From a virus (lineage: Duplodnaviria; Caudoviricetes), in IMG/VR virus record IMGVR_UViG_3300037042_003862, positions 1 through 54,531 of that record: a stretch of DNA of 54,531 nucleotides; one strand, given 5' to 3'. This document shows positions 7,417-12,814 of the stretch, piece by piece. Positions within the stretch are counted from its first letter, which is position 1; each line of letters starts with the position of its first letter. Position numbers and translations under genes: made by a program. The notes under the pieces were generated by a model that did no database searches, was not told where the DNA came from, and saw only the letters and a program-made list of their open reading frames with translations.

Positions 7417-8241
7417 ATGACGACGCAACGAAATGACGCGCACCTCCCGAGCAAGCTGGTCCCGGCCGACTACACGCACGTGATGAGCTTTGTCTACCCG
7501 AGCGAGGGCCTCCCGTTCGGGTTCGGAGTCGTGCAGCTGAACGCTCTCAAGGCCTCGGCTCCGTTCTTCCGCAAGCCGTCGGGCAAGAGCGGCTGCGCGA
7601 TCTGTGGGGCCCACTACCTCAGCGGTGACGTGTTCTTCCACGCGCCGACGGGCCAGCACATCGAGGTCGGTTGGGAGTGCGGCGACAAGCTGAACGCCCA
7701 CATCGACAGGAGCGAGACCGTCCAGGGAGCCCAGCGGGGCAAGCAGGAGAACCTCCTGCGCCTGGAGCGGGAGCGTCGCAAGGAGGAGGCCGAGCAGTTC
7801 TGCCTGGCCAACGAGGGCCTCAAGGAGGCTCTCCTCCTCGACCACCCGATCACCAAGGACCTCGCAGCCTCGCTGGCGAAGTGGGGCTGCCTGAGCGAGA
7901 AGCAGGTGGCGCTGGCTCTGAAGCTGGTGAAGGATGCGGCGACTCCGCCCAAGGCCAAGGCGGACGTTCCGGAGGGCAAGCAGACCCTCGTGGGCAAGCT
8001 GATCAAGATCAAATACGTGGACAGCAACTTCGGAGTCTCGGTCAAGATGCTGGTCGAGGTCGAGACTTCGACGGGATTCTTCCGAATCTACGGCACCAAG
8101 CCATCGGCCCTCCCGTCCAGCACTCCGGCTGGGACGATGCTCAGCTTCACGGCCGCGGTGGATCGGTCGGAGGATGACCCCTCGTTCGGGTTCTTCGCTC
8201 GGCCGACCAAGCTCGTGGTCCTGACCGCCACCCCGTCCTGA
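7417..8241 (+). CDS. Zn-binding protein with possible C-terminal OB fold
   Basis: CAICG...VGWEC, L.KWG.LSEKQ helix motif, beta-rich C-terminus ending FGFFARPTK. Confidence 0.8.
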   Translation: MTTQRNDAHLPSKLVPADYTHVMSFVYPSEGLPFGFGVVQLNALKASAPFFRKPSGKSGCAICGAHYLSGDVFFHAPTGQHIEVGWECGDKLNAHIDRSETVQGAQRGKQENLLRLERERRKEEAEQFCLANEGLKEALLLDHPITKDLAASLAKWGCLSEKQVALALKLVKDAATPPKAKADVPEGKQTLVGKLIKIKYVDSNFGVSVKMLVEVETSTGFFRIYGTKPSALPSSTPAGTMLSFTAAVDRSEDDPSFGFFARPTKLVVLTATPS

Positions 8242-8265
8242 ATCGGGACTCCCGCGACACCTCGC

Positions 8266-8293
8266 TAAAGTCCCCAGCACAATCAGCCGATAA
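8266..8293 (+). promoter_or_regulatory. Sigma-28-like promoter repeat 18
   Basis: TAAA-N16-GCCGATAA; palindrome at 8235-8249. Confidence 0.8.
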
Positions 8294-8302
8294 CGGAGTA
8301 TC

Positions 8303-8545
8303 ATGAAGCTGACCAAAGAACAACGCAAGGCCCTGTGGTGCTTCGACCTCGCAGGGAAGATGGGAGCGGTGGTGATCACCCAGCTGCGCGAGCGCATGAG
8401 CGAGGTCGATGCCTTGCTCGCGGCAAAGTTCATCACCAGGACCGACCGCATCGGCGGCCTGACGGACTCGGGCGAACTGAGCTGGGCCCCAGTCTACACC
8501 ATCACCAAGGCTGGCTGCGACTACCTGGACGGAAACCCGCAATGA
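8303..8545 (+). CDS. Small winged-helix-like protein
   Basis: LTKEQRKAL...YTITKAGCDYL, a typical wHTH wing ending. Confidence 0.7.
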   Translation: MKLTKEQRKALWCFDLAGKMGAVVITQLRERMSEVDALLAAKFITRTDRIGGLTDSGELSWAPVYTITKAGCDYLDGNPQ

Positions 8546-8748
8546 AGACCATCCACACGTTCACAAACGGAGCACGCCGAGTCGAGGTCGGAGGGATCAC
8601 CCTCACCGTCGACAGGACCGGCCGCATCTCGTGGGCCTCCGACTGGGGGGACATCAACAAGCTGGTGGAGTCCGGCCTCGTGCGCCGGGTCCACTACCCC
8701 CACCTGTGGGGCCACACGGAGTTCATCCTGGTGGAGGCCTCCAAGTGA
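8542..8748 (+). CDS. Hypothetical protein
   Basis: MKTIHTFTNG..., ATGA overlap. Confidence 0.65.
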   Translation: MKTIHTFTNGARRVEVGGITLTVDRTGRISWASDWGDINKLVESGLVRRVHYPHLWGHTEFILVEASK

Positions 8749-8969
8749 CCCTCAACAAGGCCCAGCGCCACCTGCTCTACCGCGTGCGCATAGATGGAGC
8801 CCACGTCCACATCTTTGGAAGACAGCAGCAGGCCGTCGCCCACAGCCTCGTGGTCTTGGGCTACCTGAAGGTGTCCGCCACGCTCCGCAAGCTCCTGAAG
8901 GACCACGAGGAGCCGGTCCCACTCTACTCAATCACCGAGACCGGGGTGGCCTGGCTCCGGAGGCCCTGA
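8745..8969 (+). CDS. Small winged-helix-like protein, similar to 8303..8545
   Basis: GTG start in GTGA overlap; LNKAQRHLL...YSITETGVAWL. Confidence 0.65.
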   Translation: MTLNKAQRHLLYRVRIDGAHVHIFGRQQQAVAHSLVVLGYLKVSATLRKLLKDHEEPVPLYSITETGVAWLRRP

Positions 8970-9193
8970 TGGCCAAGCCGTTCACCGCGGAGCCCGAGTT
9001 TGACCCTCGGCGCAACGCCTTCAACTGGGGATTCTGGGCCGGATTCCACAACAGAGTCCCCGCACCAGCCCCTACGGACAAGGACTGGGTGGCCGGCATG
9101 AGCGCAGGTGCCTCATACCGAGCCTCGCCTCCTCCCGGTTGGGACCGCACAACTTCAGAGCCCGCATGGGCATCCTACAGGAAGAAACCATGA
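8969..9193 (+). CDS. Hypothetical protein
   Basis: 74 aa, TGATG-coupled. Confidence 0.65.
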   Translation: MAKPFTAEPEFDPRRNAFNWGFWAGFHNRVPAPAPTDKDWVAGMSAGASYRASPPPGWDRTTSEPAWASYRKKP

Positions 9194-9282
9194 CCACAAC
9201 CCTCCTCACCCTGGCCGCTTGTCTCCTCGGCGCGGCCGTCATCGTCCTGGCTGCCTGCAACTGGATCCTTGAGCAGATCTGA
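9190..9282 (+). CDS. 30-aa hydrophobic peptide
   Basis: MTTTLLTLAACLLGAAVIVLAACNWILEQI; ATGA overlap, fills the gap to the next gene. Confidence 0.5.
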   Translation: MTTTLLTLAACLLGAAVIVLAACNWILEQI

Positions 9283-9284
9283 CC

Positions 9285-9686
9285 ATGCAGACGTTCCTAC
9301 CCCTTGCGGACTTTGAGGCAACTGCGCTCATCCTCGACTGGCGCCGCCTGGGGAAGCAGCGGGTTGAGGCCCTCCAGATCCTCCGGACCCTCTCCGGAGC
9401 CTCCAAGGGCTGGGCCAACCACCCGGCCGTGGTCATGTGGCGGGGCCACCCCCTGGCCCTCCAGGCCTACCAGGACGCCATGGTGCGGGAGTGGGTCCGC
9501 CGGGGCTACCGCAACACCATAGAACTGGCGGGCGTCCACATCTCACCCACCGACCTCCCGCCCTGGTTCGGCGACCCGGCATTCCACGCGAGTCACCGGA
9601 GCAACCTACTGCGCAAGGATGCGGCGCACTACGGCCGGTTTGGGTGGGCCGAGCCGCCCGACCTCCCCTACATCTGGCCCACTTGA
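9285..9686 (+). CDS. Pyrimidine-dimer DNA glycosylase-like protein (MSMEG_6728/DenV-related)
   Basis: MQTFLP...LD.RRLGKQRVE..QIL...GW.NHPAV.MWRG...H.SHRSNLLRKD..HY...LPY.WP. Confidence 0.85.
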   Translation: MQTFLPLADFEATALILDWRRLGKQRVEALQILRTLSGASKGWANHPAVVMWRGHPLALQAYQDAMVREWVRRGYRNTIELAGVHISPTDLPPWFGDPAFHASHRSNLLRKDAAHYGRFGWAEPPDLPYIWPT

Positions 9687-10252
9687 CGGAGGCGGCGGAG
9701 GATCCGGATGGCGTGCCCGGCCTGGTGGTATGCGTCATCCAGGGCGTCGTGAGCCACCCCCACCCGGAGGGGCTCCTCCACCGCCAGGGCCTCGCCCACG
9801 ACCTTGCGCAGGGTCCTGAAGTCCCGCTCCCGGCTGTATCGTGGTAGGGCGTCCACATCCACATCATTGCGAGTGAAGGCCTGCCTCAGCAACCTGATGT
9901 CGAAGCTCGGGGAGTTCGCCCACAGCGCCACGGTCTTGCCCTGGGCCAACCAAGCCGCGAGGTCCGAGAAGGCAACAACGTGATCAACTCGCTCCGGGTC
10001 GCAGAGGACTCGTCGCTGAGCATCCGGAGATTGCTCAAACCACCAAGTGAGCGTTCCCTCCTCGATGCGGCCGAACGAGAAGTCATCCGGCTTGATTCGG
10101 ATGGAACTCCGAAACGAGCCCTCTGGGGAGCTGATCAGCCCCGCCTCTCCCTCATCCGGCCAGAACCTCACGGCTCCAATCTGGATGATGGCGGCATCGT
10201 CTCCAACGCCGAGGGTCTCAAGGTCGATCATCACGTGCGCGTCTGGTATCAT
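9668..10252 (-). CDS. DEDDh 3'-5' exonuclease (Rv2179c/RNase AS-like)
   Basis: HVMIDLETLG, WAN.PSFD, RDFRTL, HDALDDAYHQA. Confidence 0.85.
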   Translation of the reverse strand: MIPDAHVMIDLETLGVGDDAAIIQIGAVRFWPDEGEAGLISSPEGSFRSSIRIKPDDFSFGRIEEGTLTWWFEQSPDAQRRVLCDPERVDHVVAFSDLAAWLAQGKTVALWANSPSFDIRLLRQAFTRNDVDVDALPRYSRERDFRTLRKVVGEALAVEEPLRVGVAHDALDDAYHQAGHAIRILRRLRQVGQM

Positions 10253-10497
10253 GGAGCTGGAACCTTAACACTGGACTTGGACATCGGATAGACGACAATG
10301 CCGCCCTTGGGGCCGAGCTTCAACGCAACAGAGCGGGTCGCCAAGTTCTGGTCGATCACCAGAACCGGGTCCCATCTCCAACCTGGGTGGGTGATCCAGT
10401 CTCCGTTCTGGATGGAGATGTCATGCATCTCGCGTCCGCAAAGCCAATGACCGAGTCGGTTCGTCCACATCTGAAGCCATAAGGGTCGGAGGTTCAT
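10249..10497 (-). CDS. Hypothetical protein
   Basis: Start moved to MNLRPLW (ATGA overlap). Confidence 0.6.
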   Translation of the reverse strand: MNLRPLWLQMWTNRLGHWLCGREMHDISIQNGDWITHPGWRWDPVLVIDQNLATRSVALKLGPKGGIVVYPMSKSSVKVPAP

Positions 10498-10892
10498 GGT
10501 AGCCAAGCCGCCACAACAGCAAGCTCCTCCTCCGTCCACGGCGTGCGCCGTCCGCTGCTTGACGTCATCTTAACAAACCCCATTCGGAGGAGTTCATTGG
10601 TCAACCAACGTTGTTCGCGCTCGCTCCGGATGTCTCCAAGCACGCGGCCGAACTTGTCCAGGGTGTGAGACCGGAGGGTCAGCTCGGCTCCGTCGAGGAA
10701 CCCCTTTTGAACCCAACTGCCCACAACGACTGCTGCGGCCTTGCCCGGCCCTCGCATCTCCGGGGCGTCCACACCGTTGAGGCGGACATACACCTGTCGG
10801 CTGATGTGAAAGCCGAGGTCAACCACACAGCGGATCGTGTCACCGTCGATTGCGACGGCCTCCAGGATCGGAAAGTTGAACACACGGCTCAA
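10494..10892 (-). CDS. Thermonuclease (SNase) family protein
   Basis: IDGDTI...DLGF...VRL.GVDAPE...DKFGRVLG; start TTG 10892 or GTG 10883. Confidence 0.85.
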   Translation of the reverse strand: MSRVFNFPILEAVAIDGDTIRCVVDLGFHISRQVYVRLNGVDAPEMRGPGKAAAVVVGSWVQKGFLDGAELTLRSHTLDKFGRVLGDIRSEREQRWLTNELLRMGFVKMTSSSGRRTPWTEEELAVVAAWLP

Positions 10893-10956
10893 GGCAGCAC
10901 CTCGCGGAGTGCGCGCAGGTAGGACTGTCCGATGAGATCGCGTAACTCGGCGGGGC

Positions 10957-11181
10957 TCACGGCTTCTGCTCCTTGCCGTCGATGCCCGCCATCTCGGCGC
11001 GGAGGGCACGCTTCGTGCCCGCCAAAGCGATCATGTCAGCGGTGCAGCTATCCTCGCTGTCCATCGCATCGTCCGCCGCAATCCACCGCCGCACGGCTGC
11101 GCGGAGGGAGAGGAGGTCGGACATTACGACGAGCGGATAGTCCCACGGGTCAACCTGTTCGTCGTGCAGTTGCTGCGTCAC
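10957..11181 (-). CDS. Hypothetical protein, paralog of 11441..11683
   Basis: GTG in GTGA overlap; SDLL.LRA.VR....DD...ALRA.M..I shared. Confidence 0.6.
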   Translation of the reverse strand: MTQQLHDEQVDPWDYPLVVMSDLLSLRAAVRRWIAADDAMDSEDSCTADMIALAGTKRALRAEMAGIDGKEQKP

Positions 11182-11444
11182 GGCAGGATCTCCGGCAGCA
11201 CCTCGCGGAGTGCGTTGAGTGCGACCGCATCGACATGCGTCTCGCCTGCATACCCTGGGATGATCCCCATCGGACCGATCCCCGCGTCCGTCTCCACCAC
11301 CGCCCGCGCCCGGTCGCGCAGGGTGCGGACGGCAGCACGCTCTCCCGGGCTGATGTGTTCGGTCGCACAGCACTTGTCGTAGAACACCATCGCGTGCTCG
11401 ACGCGCAACAAGAGATTGTCCGTCAGCTTGATGGGGTTGGTCAT
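11178..11444 (-). CDS. Hypothetical protein
   Basis: 88 aa, overlapping start/stop on both sides. Confidence 0.65.
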   Translation of the reverse strand: MTNPIKLTDNLLLRVEHAMVFYDKCCATEHISPGERAAVRTLRDRARAVVETDAGIGPMGIIPGYAGETHVDAVALNALREVLPEILP

Positions 11445-11683
11445 AGCGGTATGTCGCCCATTGCTGCTCGGAGGGCGGACCTCGCGGCGTGGAGTGGCTT
11501 CAGTGCCTCGCGAGCATTGTGGATGGGGTCATCGCCGGGAGCTTCCACAACCTTCTGAAAGTCATCCTCAGCCTTGTGGAGGTCCCTCACCATCGCTCGG
11601 AGGGCAAGCAGGTCAGAAGACATCTCCGCCACCGCCGGGTCGCTGGTGGACAACCCAATACTGAACACCTTGGAGGACCTCAT
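11441..11683 (-). CDS. Hypothetical protein, paralog of 10957..11181
   Basis: 80 aa, ATGA coupling. Confidence 0.65.
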   Translation of the reverse strand: MRSSKVFSIGLSTSDPAVAEMSSDLLALRAMVRDLHKAEDDFQKVVEAPGDDPIHNAREALKPLHAARSALRAAMGDIPL

Positions 11684-12153
11684 GCCGGGTTCTCGTTGCG
11701 CAGGCCCTGCCTCATCAGGTCCGCCGCTAGGTGGATTTCACTGCGGTGGATCCGAAACACGTTGGGGGTCTCAGACGGGCAGGCTATGGCCTCGCGACAC
11801 CAGTTTGCTATAGCTGCCTGGGTCAGAGGAGCGGACGGGTAGGCCATCTGTGGGGACTTCTGAGGGGCCCCACGCAACCTACCCAGCTCAGCTCTCAGCT
11901 CCAGAGCTGTTGAAACAAGGCTCTCGTTGGGCGGAACCTGAAGCACCTCCCGGACCTCGCGCAGGGTCATCTCTGCCGCCCGGAGACGAGCATTGACCGC
12001 ATCCGTGGTCAACAACTCGTCCCCTGGGAGGGAGTCCAGCTCAACTCGCTCAAACGTGCGCCCGATCTCCTGGGCGATACGCTCCGCGCTGTCTGCGTCG
12101 GTGACGACATGATACCGGAGAATGCCGGCAATGATGACGTTGTTGTCATTCAT
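11680..12153 (-). CDS. Hypothetical protein
   Basis: 157 aa, GAAGGA before ATG. Confidence 0.7.
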   Translation of the reverse strand: MNDNNVIIAGILRYHVVTDADSAERIAQEIGRTFERVELDSLPGDELLTTDAVNARLRAAEMTLREVREVLQVPPNESLVSTALELRAELGRLRGAPQKSPQMAYPSAPLTQAAIANWCREAIACPSETPNVFRIHRSEIHLAADLMRQGLRNENPA

Positions 12154-12199
12154 GATCCTTCCAACTCAAACATTTGCCTGTAGGGGTGCTTGTAGCCCT

Positions 12200-12403
12200 T
12201 CATGACTTCAGCGCCAGCATCGTCAGCAACCAGCACGCTGAGAGCACGAGGCAGACCACGACCACCACCCAGCGTTCGCGTCGAGCGGCACGCTTCAGTC
12301 GGTCCGGGCAGCTGACGAACGGAGCACCGCCGTAGCCGATGCCGCAGTCAACACATCCGTCGTAGTCGGGGTTGAACCTGTGTCCTGAGTAGTGCTGATC
12401 CAT
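12200..12403 (-). CDS. Small membrane protein with Cys motif
   Basis: Start moved to MDQHY; H...CVDC...C then a C-terminal hydrophobic helix. Confidence 0.55.
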   Translation of the reverse strand: MDQHYSGHRFNPDYDGCVDCGIGYGGAPFVSCPDRLKRAARRERWVVVVVCLVLSACWLLTMLALKS

Positions 12404-12415
12404 GATAGGGAAGTA

Positions 12416-12755
12416 ACCTCTGGGCCGACTCGGGAAGGGTGCTGTCAGTCGATTTCTGCGCCGGTCAGAACGCACCCAGAGGTCTTGTTAGAGAAAATGC
12501 TGCCCTCGGCGACCATCCATGCGGGACGCCCTCACAGCGTCCGTCTCTCTGTCTCAGTCTATCCCTTTACCAAGATCACCATGCATTCACAAACTGACTT
12601 TCCGCCGAGGGCAGCAAGAACAGAAAGGCCAGACAAAAGATGCGGGAGCCTCTAACCGATGAAAGCCCTCGCGACATTCCAGCCGAATACGAAAGACAGC
12701 GACAAAGACAGCCCGAGCCGTTTCTATTGGATGAAAGCCCGGGCAACATTCGCTG
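12416..12755 (-). ncRNA. Cluster of structured RNA modules, candidate Y RNAs
   Basis: Four stem-closed modules (12697-12755, 12627-12684, 12498-12616, 12416-12483) directly downstream of Ro60; G-U pairs favour the minus strand in the first three. Confidence 0.65.
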
Positions 12756-12814
12756 AGTGGTGCTGTCGCAGTCCGAAGGGGCGACCGTTTCGGACTCCGA
12801 CGGCACTGAGAAGT

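Noticed and set aside
1469-8249. Classical integron attC array
   Set aside because: No GTTRRRY/RYYYAAC core sites, no long imperfect hairpin and no tyrosine integrase in the window; the conserved boxes fit a promoter
751-8302. Repeat-spacer pattern read as a CRISPR array
   Set aside because: Intervening segments are 200-850 nt protein-coding genes, repeats vary internally, and no cas genes are present
1217-8451. Minus-strand ORFs containing MILRYRLIV or HDTPLSAD repeats
   Set aside because: They are antisense translations of the promoter repeat and overlap better-supported + strand genes
12416-12483. Hammerhead ribozyme or tRNA in the three-way junction
   Set aside because: CUGACCG does not match CUGANGA and there is no T-loop or anticodon arm
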